DNA of 64,000 bases, from assembly GCA_963776275.1 (NCBI GenBank), contig CAVZMI010000005.1:32001-96000 (forward strand), given 5' to 3'. Both the position numbers and the translations under genes were made by a program. Shown piece after piece: positions 23,172 to 32,600 of this stretch. The DNA comes from Ignavibacteriota bacterium (GTDB lineage Bacteria; Bacteroidota; Ignavibacteria; UBA10030; CAVZMI01). Position 1 is the first letter of the stretch. Each line of letters begins with the position of its first letter. Under the pieces are notes generated by a model. The model made no database searches. It saw only the letters and a list, made by a program, of their open reading frames with translations, and had not been told where the DNA came from.

Positions 23172-23882
23172 ATGGAAAATATATCTGTCATTATCCCCGC
23201 CGCTGGGGTGGGGAAGCGAATGGGTGGGAACGTCGACAAACAATTTATGTTGCTTGCTGGCGTTCCCATTCTTGTCCATACGCTTCGTGTGTTTCAGGAA
23301 TGCGAAAGGGTGCGGCATATTGTTGTCGTGACTTCTCTGACCTCCATTGCTTGTGTGAAGGAATATGTCCAACAATGGAATATTTCAAAAGTCAAAGATG
23401 TTATCCCTGGAGGCGTACATCGGCAAGACTCGGTGTTTAACGGACTGCAGGCGCTCTCTCATTTGACAGACGATATCGTGATGATTCATGATGCTGTTCG
23501 TCCTTTTATACGCCAGAGAGAAATCCTTGCGGTTGCTGAGGGTGCTGAAAAATACGGTGCTGCCGTCATAGGTGTCCAACCGAACGATACAATCAAGATT
23601 TCGGGTGATGGGATATTTTATGATGCGACATTGGATCGTGCAGCCATCTGGGCGGTTCAGACTCCACAGGCGTTTCAATGGAAGGTACTTCTTGAGGCGG
23701 CTGTGAAGGCACGCAACGATTCATTCTATGGCACCGACGATGCGCAACTTGTAGAGCGGCTGGGAGCGAAGGTAAAGATTATCCCCGGATGTTCCGATAA
23801 TATTAAAATAACAACACCGGATGATCTTGAACTGGCAGAGCGCTTATTTTTACGTCGAAAACAAGAGAATTCACAGCGATAG
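23172..23882 (+). CDS. ispD: 2-C-methyl-D-erythritol 4-phosphate cytidylyltransferase
   Basis: PAAGVGKRM, RQDSV, IHDAVRP, QTPQAF, TDDA and NIKITTPDDL motifs. Confidence 0.95.
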   Translation: MENISVIIPAAGVGKRMGGNVDKQFMLLAGVPILVHTLRVFQECERVRHIVVVTSLTSIACVKEYVQQWNISKVKDVIPGGVHRQDSVFNGLQALSHLTDDIVMIHDAVRPFIRQREILAVAEGAEKYGAAVIGVQPNDTIKISGDGIFYDATLDRAAIWAVQTPQAFQWKVLLEAAVKARNDSFYGTDDAQLVERLGAKVKIIPGCSDNIKITTPDDLELAERLFLRRKQENSQR

Positions 23883-23898
23883 CGTCGGGAAAAAGACC

Positions 23899-23927
23899 TT
23901 GATTTTTTCTTTTGGTCTCTCTATCTT
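23899..23927 (+). promoter_or_regulatory. Putative sigma70 promoter for plsY-gpsA
   Basis: TTGATT-17 bp-TATCTT. Confidence 0.5.
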
Positions 23928-23969
23928 AATTAATAATATTATTCAGATGGTATATTTGAAGAGGATGTA

Positions 23970-24662
23970 ATGCTCGCACTTGGTATGATGATTGTGTTGA
24001 GTTATATGGTTGGATCGATTCCAACCAGCATAATTGTAAGTAAAATTAAGAGCGGCATTGACATTAGAAAGTTCGGGAGCGGTAATGCAGGGGGAACTAA
24101 TATTATTCGTGTCTTCGGTTGGAAAACCGGCATCCTCGTTATCCTATTCGATATCCTTAAAGGTTTTATTGCAACCAGTATTATCGCACGATTGTATTTT
24201 GATTCAGCACTCCCCTTCAATAATAGAACACCGTTCGAAGATTTTACCGTGCTGCAAATTATTGCGGGTTCGGCCGCCGTTTTAGGACATATCTGGACTG
24301 CCTTTGCAGGATTCAAGGGCGGTAAAGGGATTGCCACGGCGGGCGGTATGATGATCGGCATTGCACCCGTTGAAGTATTGGTCTCACTTATCATTTTCAC
24401 GATCGTATTCGTCGCATCACGCTATGTCTCTCTCGGCTCACTATCCGCTGCAGTCGCATTCCCGCTTACCATGGTGGTGCGGGTAAATATTTTCAATGTC
24501 GAAATTGCGGGATATCATACACTCATCGTTTTTATCATCGGTATTTCACTTCTCGTCATCTTTACGCACCGTGACAATATCAAGAGACTGATCGAAGGAA
24601 CCGAAAGCAGACTCACACATTTCCGTGATTCTTACAAAAAAGGAAACCGAATATCATCCTGA
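23970..24662 (+). CDS. plsY: Glycerol-3-phosphate acyltransferase
   Basis: GSIP, DIRKFGSGNAGGTN, GH..FKGGKGIAT and HRDNIKRL motifs. Confidence 0.95.
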   Translation: MLALGMMIVLSYMVGSIPTSIIVSKIKSGIDIRKFGSGNAGGTNIIRVFGWKTGILVILFDILKGFIATSIIARLYFDSALPFNNRTPFEDFTVLQIIAGSAAVLGHIWTAFAGFKGGKGIATAGGMMIGIAPVEVLVSLIIFTIVFVASRYVSLGSLSAAVAFPLTMVVRVNIFNVEIAGYHTLIVFIIGISLLVIFTHRDNIKRLIEGTESRLTHFRDSYKKGNRISS

Positions 24663-24707
24663 TCCATGTCGAACGGTGGAGAAGGTATTTCATAAAGTGA
24701 ATTTCGT

Positions 24708-25712
24708 ATGAATGTTGCGGTAATTGGAGCAGGAAGTTGGGGGACTGCCCTTTCGATTCTCCTCTGGAAAAACGGCCATACCGTGCGATTATGGACTTAC
24801 TCCACGGAATATGCAGATGAGATTACAAATCATCACGAAAATTTATCATTCCTTCCGGGAATAAAAATTCCAGAAGAGATTTTGGTGACAACGGATTTTA
24901 TCGAGGCGGCAGCCAATAAAGATATGGTCGTCTTTGCCGTTCCATCGCAGTTCCTTCGTTCGATTGCCGGTCAAGCCGCAGGTGTTAATTTTTCACAAAC
25001 GCTGATTGTCCATGTTGCTAAGGGGATCGAACATCACTCTTTAAAAACCATGTCCGAGGTTCTTATCGAAGTGATACCGACAGCCGCACCGGATCGGGTT
25101 GCAACGCTGTCAGGTCCCAGCCATGCTGAAGAAGTGAGCCGGGATATTCCCACTGCTGTCGTTGCGGCAGCCACCAATGGTCAGGTTGCGAAATCGATTC
25201 AACAATTTTTTATGAACCGGACATTTCGCGTTTATACCAATACAGATCTTCGGGGTGTGGAACTAGGCGGAGCACTGAAAAATGTCATTGCCATTGCCGC
25301 CGGTATTTCAGATGGAGCGGGTTATGGTGACAACACAAAAGCTGCTCTCATGACGCGCGGAATTGCAGAGATAACGCGGTTGGGCGTCGCAATGGGAGCA
25401 AATCCTCATACGTTTTCGGGATTGAGCGGTGTAGGCGATCTATTTGTAACATGCATGAGCAGACACAGCCGAAACCGCTTTGTAGGTGAGCAAATTGGCA
25501 AAGGACGGCGGCTGGATGACGTATTGAAAGAAATGGTAATGATTGCAGAAGGTGTCGAAACTGCTCGTTCAACCACAGAATTATCGCAGAAGTATAAAGT
25601 GGGAATGCCTATTTTTTTTGAAGTTCATAAGATGTTATTTGAAGGAAAAAATCCCCACATTGCAGTCGAAGAACTGATGACCCGGGATGCGAGGGAAGAA
25701 CTCGAACATTAG
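24708..25712 (+). CDS. gpsA: NAD(P)H-dependent glycerol-3-phosphate dehydrogenase
   Basis: GAGSWGTAL, SGPSHAEEV, GGALKNVIAIA and GDL..TC.S.HSRN motifs. Confidence 0.96.
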   Translation: MNVAVIGAGSWGTALSILLWKNGHTVRLWTYSTEYADEITNHHENLSFLPGIKIPEEILVTTDFIEAAANKDMVVFAVPSQFLRSIAGQAAGVNFSQTLIVHVAKGIEHHSLKTMSEVLIEVIPTAAPDRVATLSGPSHAEEVSRDIPTAVVAAATNGQVAKSIQQFFMNRTFRVYTNTDLRGVELGGALKNVIAIAAGISDGAGYGDNTKAALMTRGIAEITRLGVAMGANPHTFSGLSGVGDLFVTCMSRHSRNRFVGEQIGKGRRLDDVLKEMVMIAEGVETARSTTELSQKYKVGMPIFFEVHKMLFEGKNPHIAVEELMTRDAREELEH

Positions 25713-25756
25713 TATTCACAGTACAATATTCATAAACAAGGGATAGGAGGATACGT

Positions 25757-26785
25757 ATGAATAATTCATTCAAATGCTTTCGATGGTTTGTTGTACCGAT
25801 GCTGATAATTGCTCTTATGGTTGGCGGCTGTAAGAAATCATCATCGACGGGGCCAGATACAGATATTCCTACATACCCGGTGACCGCAAAGGTTCTCGAT
25901 CCGCAGGGATACCCTCTGGGCGGAGCGACACTGACGCTCTTAAATCCACCATTTGAAGATCCAAAATTCACATCGCTGACGGACTCCACGGGAAAAGCCA
26001 CGATTCAATCTCCAGCCGGGCAGCAAACATTGCTTGCAAAATTCGGTACTGTATTTGAGGGAACGCTGAATGTGACTGTTGCAGCCTCTTCGACTCCGAC
26101 AATCGTGACGACACCAATTCAAGTGCATCAGAATACTAGTTTAGGAAAAGTACTTGTCGTTCTGGCAAGCGCCGAACAACTCGAAGATGTGTTGCATGCT
26201 ATCGGTTATACGACATTTGATTCAATAAGCGTCGAAGCGTTGCGCGATTCGGCGGACACAGATTCGACCAAGTTGTTGCAATATCTGAAACAATACAAGC
26301 TTATCTTCTCTGATTGCAACGGCGGCGATGAGTATCAATATCCGCTTCTTGCTCGTACCTATGGTCGCTATGTTACCGACGGAGGAAAAATCTATGGTGG
26401 ACATTATAACTACTACATCTTGCAATATATCTGGCCGCCATACTTCAAACAAAGAGATTACCAGGGTGATGTCTCGACAGATACATTGAAAATCGTCGAT
26501 AATAACCTGCAGAAAGCCGTTGGCACGTACCTCGATTGGACAAAATCGGAGGATTCACGCCATCTTTCAGATTATCAAAAGTTTTCGGATCTACCACCAG
26601 CTCCGATTTCGCATACCTATGGAGTAATCAAAGGGACTAGTCCTGAGGTCGGTGTCATCGTGGAATGCTATCCGAATCCCAACCCTAACGGCGGTAAGTA
26701 TCTCTGGACGGATTACCATAACCAGGACATCCTGAACAATACCAAACTCCTGAAAATCGTAACATACTTCTTGAACGGAATGTAA
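25757..26785 (+). CDS. Lipoprotein of unknown function with N-terminal carboxypeptidase-regulatory-like beta domain
   Basis: AGGAGG RBS; hydrophobic signal with lipobox-like VGG-C then KKSSSTGP; 'V.DPQG.PL.GAT.TL' beta-sandwich pattern. Confidence 0.65.
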   Translation: MNNSFKCFRWFVVPMLIIALMVGGCKKSSSTGPDTDIPTYPVTAKVLDPQGYPLGGATLTLLNPPFEDPKFTSLTDSTGKATIQSPAGQQTLLAKFGTVFEGTLNVTVAASSTPTIVTTPIQVHQNTSLGKVLVVLASAEQLEDVLHAIGYTTFDSISVEALRDSADTDSTKLLQYLKQYKLIFSDCNGGDEYQYPLLARTYGRYVTDGGKIYGGHYNYYILQYIWPPYFKQRDYQGDVSTDTLKIVDNNLQKAVGTYLDWTKSEDSRHLSDYQKFSDLPPAPISHTYGVIKGTSPEVGVIVECYPNPNPNGGKYLWTDYHNQDILNNTKLLKIVTYFLNGM

Positions 26786-26807
26786 AATATTTTATAAATC
26801 CGCTTCT

Positions 26808-26842
26808 AAAAGCCGGCATGTATAATATGTGCCGGCTTTTTT
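26808..26842 (+). terminator. Rho-independent terminator
   Basis: AAAA-GCCGGCA-loop-TGCCGGC-TTTTTT. Confidence 0.85.
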
Positions 26843-26845
26843 ATA

Positions 26846-26874
26846 TTGCCTAGCGTTTCATTTTTTTGTATATT
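26846..26874 (+). promoter_or_regulatory. Putative sigma70 promoter of the tRNA locus
   Basis: TTGCCT-17 bp-TATATT, ending ~20 bp before the outer tRNA-like shell. Confidence 0.6.
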
Positions 26875-26893
26875 AATAAACCTATTATCGATT

Positions 26894-27095
26894 GCTGAAG
26901 TAGCTCAGCGGTAGAGCAGTCCCGACAATTTTCTTATATGCTGGCGTAGCTCAGCGGTAGAGCAGCGGTTTCGTAAACCGCAGGTCGTCGGTTCAAATCC
27001 GACCGCCAGCTCAATGTATGAAGAGAAAATTTTCGGGATAAACCGCAGGTCGTGCCTTCCCGCTAAAGGCGGGAAGGCAAATCCCACCTTCAGCT
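26894..27095 (+). pseudogene. Degenerate tRNA-like shell enclosing the intact tRNA-Thr
   Basis: Acceptor GCTGAAG (26894-26900) pairs with CTTCAGC-T (27088-27095). D-arm TAGCTCAGCGGTAGAGCA is intact. TAAACCGCAGGTCGTG...CAAATCCCAC retains the 3' anticodon strand, variable loop and T-arm remnants. Confidence 0.8.
26940..27011 (+). tRNA. tRNA-Thr (anticodon CGT), CCA not encoded
   Basis: Full cloverleaf: GCTGGCG/CGCCAGC acceptor, GCTC/GAGC D-stem, GCGGT-TTCGTAA-ACCGC anticodon arm, GTCGG-TTCAAAT-CCGAC T-arm, discriminator T. Confidence 0.97.
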
Positions 27096-27643
27096 CAGCG
27101 GTAGAGCAGTCCCGTCCCGACGCAGTCGGGACGGGATAAACCGCAGGTCGTCGGTCCTCCGCCGCGCTTAATGACCGGGTGAGGCGGATCCGCCGTAGGC
27201 GGAAAATCCGACCCTTCGACTCGTCCTCCTTTGTCGGACTCGCTCAGGGTAACACCGCCAGCTCAATGTATGAAGAGAAAATTTTCGGGATAAACCGCAG
27301 GTCGTGCCTTCCCGCTAAAGGCGGGAAGGCAAATCCCACCTTCAGCTCAGTGGTAGAGCAGTCCCGTCCCGACGTAGTCGGGACGGGATAAACCGCAGGT
27401 CGTCGGTTCTCCGCCGCGCTTAATGACCGGGTGAGGCGGATCCGCCGTAGGCGGAAAATCCGACCCTTCGACTCGTCCTCCTTTGTCGGACTCGCTCAGG
27501 GTAACACCGCCAGCTCAATGTATGAAGAGAAAATTTTCGGGATAAACCGCAGGTCGTGTCCGCCACTGGCGGACAAATCCCACCCTTCGACTCGTTCATC
27601 CCGCTATCGCGGGATTCACTCGCTCAGGGTGAAGCCGCCAGCT
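27002..27643 (+). repeat. 252-bp tandem repeat (two full copies plus a divergent partial third) built from tRNA-Thr fragments and palindromes
   Basis: ACCGCCAGCTCAATGTATGAAGAGAAAATTTTCGGGATAAACCGCAGGTCGTG starts at 27002, 27254 and 27506. The two full copies differ at 3 positions by my reading. Confidence 0.95.
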
Positions 27644-27837
27644 AAATAAGAGAGAAGATTGACGATTCACTCACCGTCTTATTCAGTGTCATCCCAATGA
27701 GTACCTGCCTATTCATAATATCTTCTATTATAATTCCAGTATAGATAGAGTAGAAAAATCCAGGCCAGCTTGAATCGCCAGTTAAAGCTTTACGAAAAAT
27801 CTCCAAATGAAAGCCCTTTTCCTGCCTCGAAGAGACC

Positions 27838-27866
27838 TTGAAGTATAAGCGTTTCTTATCTATATT
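27838..27866 (+). promoter_or_regulatory. Putative sigma70 promoter for gdhA
   Basis: TTGAAG-17 bp-TATATT. Confidence 0.55.
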
Positions 27867-27901
27867 TAGATTTACTAACGTCGTTTATGGGAGATTTTCT
27901 T

Positions 27902-29242
27902 ATGTCTGAATATGTCGAGAAGCTGATGAATGAGGTCAGAGCGAAAAACCCGGGAGAACAGGAATTTCATCAGGCAGTCCAGGAGGTCGCCGAGTCGCTT
28001 GATCTTGTTCTGGAACGCCATCCGGAATATCGTGCCGCAAAAATATTGGAGAGGATGGTCGAACCGGAACGCGTTGTCATTTTCCGCGTCCCATGGCTTG
28101 ATGACCAGGGTGAGGTCCACATCAATCGCGGCTTTAGAATTCAGATGAACAGCGCCATCGGACCGTACAAAGGAGGCCTGCGCTTCCACCCCTCTGTAAA
28201 CCTGAGTATCCTGAAGTTCCTTGCATTCGAACAGGTTTTTAAGAACAGTCTTACATCTCTTCCGATGGGTGGAGGGAAGGGGGGCTCCGATTTTGATCCG
28301 AAAGGAAAAAGCGAAAATGAAGTGATGCGGTTCTGTCAGAGTTTCATGACTGAGCTGTTCCGTCATATCGGTCCGGATATAGATGTTCCTGCAGGAGATA
28401 TCGGCGTCGGCGGACGTGAAATCGGATATCTTTTTGGACAATATAAACGGTTGACGCGTGAATTTTCAGGTGTGCTGACGGGGAAAGGATTAAACTGGGG
28501 TGGATCGCTTGTGCGACCGGAAGCGACCGGCTATGGAGCGGTCTATTTTGCAGAGGAGATGTTAAAAACCCGCGGCCATACAATAGAAGGACGGATCGTG
28601 GCAGTGTCGGGATTCGGTAATGTCGCCTGGGGTGCGGTTCAAAAAATTAACCAGCTTGGCGGCAAGGTCGTTACACTCTCCGGTCCGGATGGATTCATCT
28701 ATGATAAAGACGGGGTGAAGGGAGAAAAGATCGATTACATGCTCGAAATGCGTGCAAGTGCGAAGGATCAGGTTCAGGATTATGTAAAGAAGTTTAAAGT
28801 TGATTTTTTCCCCGGCAAGAATCCGTGGGGAATTAAAGTTGATGTCGCCATGCCGTGTGCGATACAGAATGAACTCGATGAGAACGATGCGCAAGAGCTG
28901 GTGAAGAATGGATGCATCTGCGTTTGCGAAGGTGCCAACATGCCGACCACACTGCGGGGAGTAAAGATATTCCAGCAGGCCGGCATCCTTTTTTCACCCG
29001 GAAAAGCATCGAATGCAGGCGGTGTGGCAACCTCTGGACTCGAAATGTCACAGAATAGCATGCGGCTGCCCTGGCCAAGAGAGGAAGTCGACAAACGTCT
29101 CCAAGAAATCATGAGAAATATTCATCAGACGTGCGTTGAAACTGCGGAACGATTCGGCACACCGGGGAATTATGTCAACGGTGCCAACATAGGCGGTTTT
29201 CTCAAAGTCGCAAACGCGATGATGGACCAGGGACTTGTGTAA
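27902..29242 (+). CDS. gdhA: NADP-specific glutamate dehydrogenase
   Basis: EFHQAV, GPYKGGLRFHPSV, MGGGKGGSDFDP, DVPAGDIGVG and RPEATGYG motifs. Confidence 0.96.
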   Translation: MSEYVEKLMNEVRAKNPGEQEFHQAVQEVAESLDLVLERHPEYRAAKILERMVEPERVVIFRVPWLDDQGEVHINRGFRIQMNSAIGPYKGGLRFHPSVNLSILKFLAFEQVFKNSLTSLPMGGGKGGSDFDPKGKSENEVMRFCQSFMTELFRHIGPDIDVPAGDIGVGGREIGYLFGQYKRLTREFSGVLTGKGLNWGGSLVRPEATGYGAVYFAEEMLKTRGHTIEGRIVAVSGFGNVAWGAVQKINQLGGKVVTLSGPDGFIYDKDGVKGEKIDYMLEMRASAKDQVQDYVKKFKVDFFPGKNPWGIKVDVAMPCAIQNELDENDAQELVKNGCICVCEGANMPTTLRGVKIFQQAGILFSPGKASNAGGVATSGLEMSQNSMRLPWPREEVDKRLQEIMRNIHQTCVETAERFGTPGNYVNGANIGGFLKVANAMMDQGLV

Positions 29243-29247
29243 CAATC

Positions 29248-32200
29248 ATGGCTGATCAGCTGACTAAATCTCATCCACTATTCGGCGGTAAGAATCTGGA
29301 TGTTACCGATAGCGCGAGCTATCAGGGATTCCAGAGTCTTATGCGCTACCGGATCAGGGATATCCTCCTGGTATCCAGTCTATACGACTCGTATATTTTT
29401 GAAGAAGACGGAAGACTCTATGAGCTCATTCGAAAAGAATATCAGGGGCTCGATCTGAGTCATACTCCGGAATTTACCCATGTCGGCACCGGACGCGAAG
29501 CGATAGAATTGGCAAGTCAGGAAAACCGCTTCGACCTGATCATTGCAACACTGCACATCGAAGATGTCCATCCTGTCCGGTTTGCAAAAATGGTCCGTGA
29601 ATCGGGGCTGAACATTCCAATCGTCCTGCTTGCGTACGATAATCGGGAAGAGGCCGAACTCATTGCCTCGCACGATATCTCGGTCTTCGAGCGTATTTTT
29701 ATCTGGCAGGGTGATTATCGAATCCTTATCGGGATTATTAAATATGTTGAAGACCGTTTGAACGTCGATGAAGATACCCGCCTCATCGGTGTTCAATCGA
29801 TTATCATCATCGAGGATAATGTAAAATTTTACTCTTCATATCTTCCGATCATTTATACTGAGATCGTGAAGCAGTCGCAGCGGTTGATTTCGGAGGGTGT
29901 AAATCTCTCGCATAAATATCTCCGCATGCGGGCGAGGCCTAAGATTCTTCTCTGTACGACCTACGAGGAAGCATGGTCATATTTCGAAAAATACGAGGAG
30001 AATATACTTGGTGTCATATCGGATATCGACTTTATGCGCAACGGTGTTCACGATCCGACCGCCGGGATAGAATTTGCGAAGAATGTGAAGGCGCGGCTCT
30101 CCGATATACCGATTTTGCTCCAGTCAAACGACCCGTCGAAGGAATCGATTGCGAAAACGATGGGTGCATCGTTCATTCTGAAAGATTCGCCGACGCTTCT
30201 TAATGAGCTCCGCAGGTTTATGATACAGAATTTCGGTTTTGGCGACTTCATTTTCCGAATGCCGGATGGAAAAGAAGTCGGCCGGGCGACGGATCTGCGA
30301 TCGCTCGAAGCGCAGTTGCGGATTGTCCCCGATGAATGCATCTACTACCACGCTGAACGGAATCATTTTTCCAACTGGCTGAAGGCACGGACGGAATTCT
30401 GGCTCGCGCACAGGCTGCGGCCGCAAAAAGCCTCGGAGTTTCCCTCGATTGCGGTCATGCGTGAGGACCTTGTATCATGGCTGCGCCGTTATCGCCATAT
30501 ACGTCAGCGCGGTCAGATCACCGATTTCACGAAAGAAACGTTCGACCCATACACGAGCTTCGCCCGCTTAGGCAGCGGATCGCTGGGCGGAAAGGCACGC
30601 GGGCTGGGCTTTTTCAACCGGCTTCTCCACAGCTTTGATATTCGCAACCGGTTCCCCGGCATTAAAATTATGATTCCGCCGGCGGTTGTCCTTGCTACGG
30701 ATATTTTCGATCAGTTCATCGAGGAAAATAATCTGCGGGAGTTTGCCCTCAGCGCCACGAACGATGAAGAAATCACAAGGCGATTTGTGGAAGCGCCCTG
30801 GTTTCCGCCCGATGTTCTCCATGCGCTCTCGGCGTTCCTCGATCTTATCCGCGTCCCGCTTGCAGTCCGTTCATCGAGCCTGCTCGAAGATTCGCAGTAC
30901 CATCCGTTTGCCGGCGTCTATGCGACATACATGATTCCGAATAATATGGAGAATTCTCATGGCCCGGTTGAACGATCTTGTTTCTACTATCAAGCGGGTC
31001 TATGCGTCGATTTTCTATCGGAGCGCAAAAGATTATATGAAGGTCACTTCATACCGCCTTGAAGAAGAAAAAATGGCGGTCATCGTTCAAAAGATGGTCG
31101 GGAATGCGCATGAGAACCGCTTTTACCCCGATTTTGCGGGTGTTGCACGGTCATATAATTTTTATCCGATCGCGCCGCAAACACCGACCGACGGCATCGT
31201 CTCCGTCGCATTGGGATTGGGAAAGACCATTGTTGAGGGAGGAATAACCGTCCGGTTCTGTCCGAAGTATCCCACTCACCTATTTCAGCTCTTTTCGGCG
31301 GAAGAGGCGCTTCACTATAACCAGAGCCAGTTCTATGCACTTGAGTTGAACGGTAAACCCCTCGATGTCAGTGAAACTCACGATATGCTTTTAAAACAAT
31401 ATAATCTCTCCGTTTCCGAACAGGATGGAACGCTGACGTATGTCGGCTCGACATACTCATCCGAGAACGACGCCGTCTACGATGGATTATCGCGTCCGGG
31501 CCGGCGGATTGTCACGTTCGCACCGATCCTGCGGCAGCGCATCTTTCCGCTGCCGAATATTATTGAACTTCTTCTGAATCTCGGGAGCTGGGGAATGGGT
31601 GCGCCGGTAGAGCTGGAATTTGCGGTCAACATGACGTCGGTTCCGCGTCTGGGGAGAGAATTCGGACTTCTGCAGGTACGGCCCCTTGTTATAAATCGCG
31701 AGCTCGAAGAACTCAACGTTGAAGACGTTGAGCAGGAAAAAATTATCTGCCAGAGCAGTCATGTGTTGGGCAACGGGGTCATCAACGATCTATATGATAT
31801 TATAGTCGTGGATTACCATAAATTCGACCGGGGCCGCAGCCGTGAGGTTGCCGTCGAGGTAAGTCGATTTAATGAAAAGCTCATCTGGGAGAACCGGCCT
31901 TATTTAATCATCGGCGTCGGACGGTGGGGAACGCTCGACCCATGGCTTGGTATTCCGATCAAGTACGATAATGTTTCGGGCGCCAAAGCGATAGTTGAAT
32001 CGGGATTCAAGGACATGGATGTAACGCCGTCGCAGGGTTCGCACTTTTTCCAGAACATCACGTCATTCATGGTCGGATATTTTACGGTTCATCCGCGGGT
32101 GGGGCAGGGGTTCATCGACTGGGATTGGCTGTTGAGTCAGCCGATCTGTGAAGAGAAAGAGTTCACCCGGCATCTGCGGTTCGATAAGCCGATCGTAGTC

Positions 32201-32251
32201 AAAATGAACGGGCATCGCAACAAAGGATTGATACTGAAGCCCGGTGTTTAA
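29248..32251 (+). CDS. Receiver-like plus PEP/pyruvate-binding (PPDK_N) domain protein; frameshift at ~30955
   Basis: GSLGGKARGL and PLAVRSSSLLEDS..PFAGVY.T in ORF 1; EEEKMAVIVQ, ALGLGKTIVEG and SQGSHFFQN in ORF 2; N-terminal receiver-like segments. Confidence 0.85.
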
Positions 32252-32600
32252 GATTATCGCTTCGAATCAGCTCGAAGAGTAATTCACATTATCCACCATT
32301 CTCGTTATAACTGAATTGCCGCCTTGTAAACAATGTATTTTTACTAAAAAATGGTCACATTTTTTGTTATTTCCTTGACAAATGGCGAAATATTTTGTAT
32401 ATAAGTTTAGAAAAAATTCAGAATCAATTTCTCGAATCGGTTTCTCCAATTATTATTCCTGATTCTTCTTTCGTCATCAATTTCATTATCACTTATATTA
32501 ATAAATCGATATTTTCCCGTTTTCAGGTTTATGGTTATTTCGAGTCGATAATTCAAAAGTGATTTTTTTCGACAATTTTTCTCAGTAAGGTAAGAATTCA

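Noticed and set aside
27002-27011. attL/attR of an element integrated at tRNA-Thr
   Set aside because: The duplicated 3' ends enclose only the repeat units, and no integrase or cargo lies nearby.
26920-27038. Spliceable tRNA intron in the outer shell
   Set aside because: Removing the insert does not restore an anticodon arm (the 5' stem strand and anticodon are missing), the T-loop is also disrupted, and no group I core is visible.
27002-27643. CRISPR array
   Set aside because: The period is 252 bp, the intervening sequences are themselves repeated and tRNA-derived, there are no unique spacers, and there are no cas genes in the window.
27179-27649. Two near-identical short ORFs (MRRIRRRRKIRP...)
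   Set aside because: They are by-products of the 252-bp palindrome-rich repeat, with no recognisable protein features.
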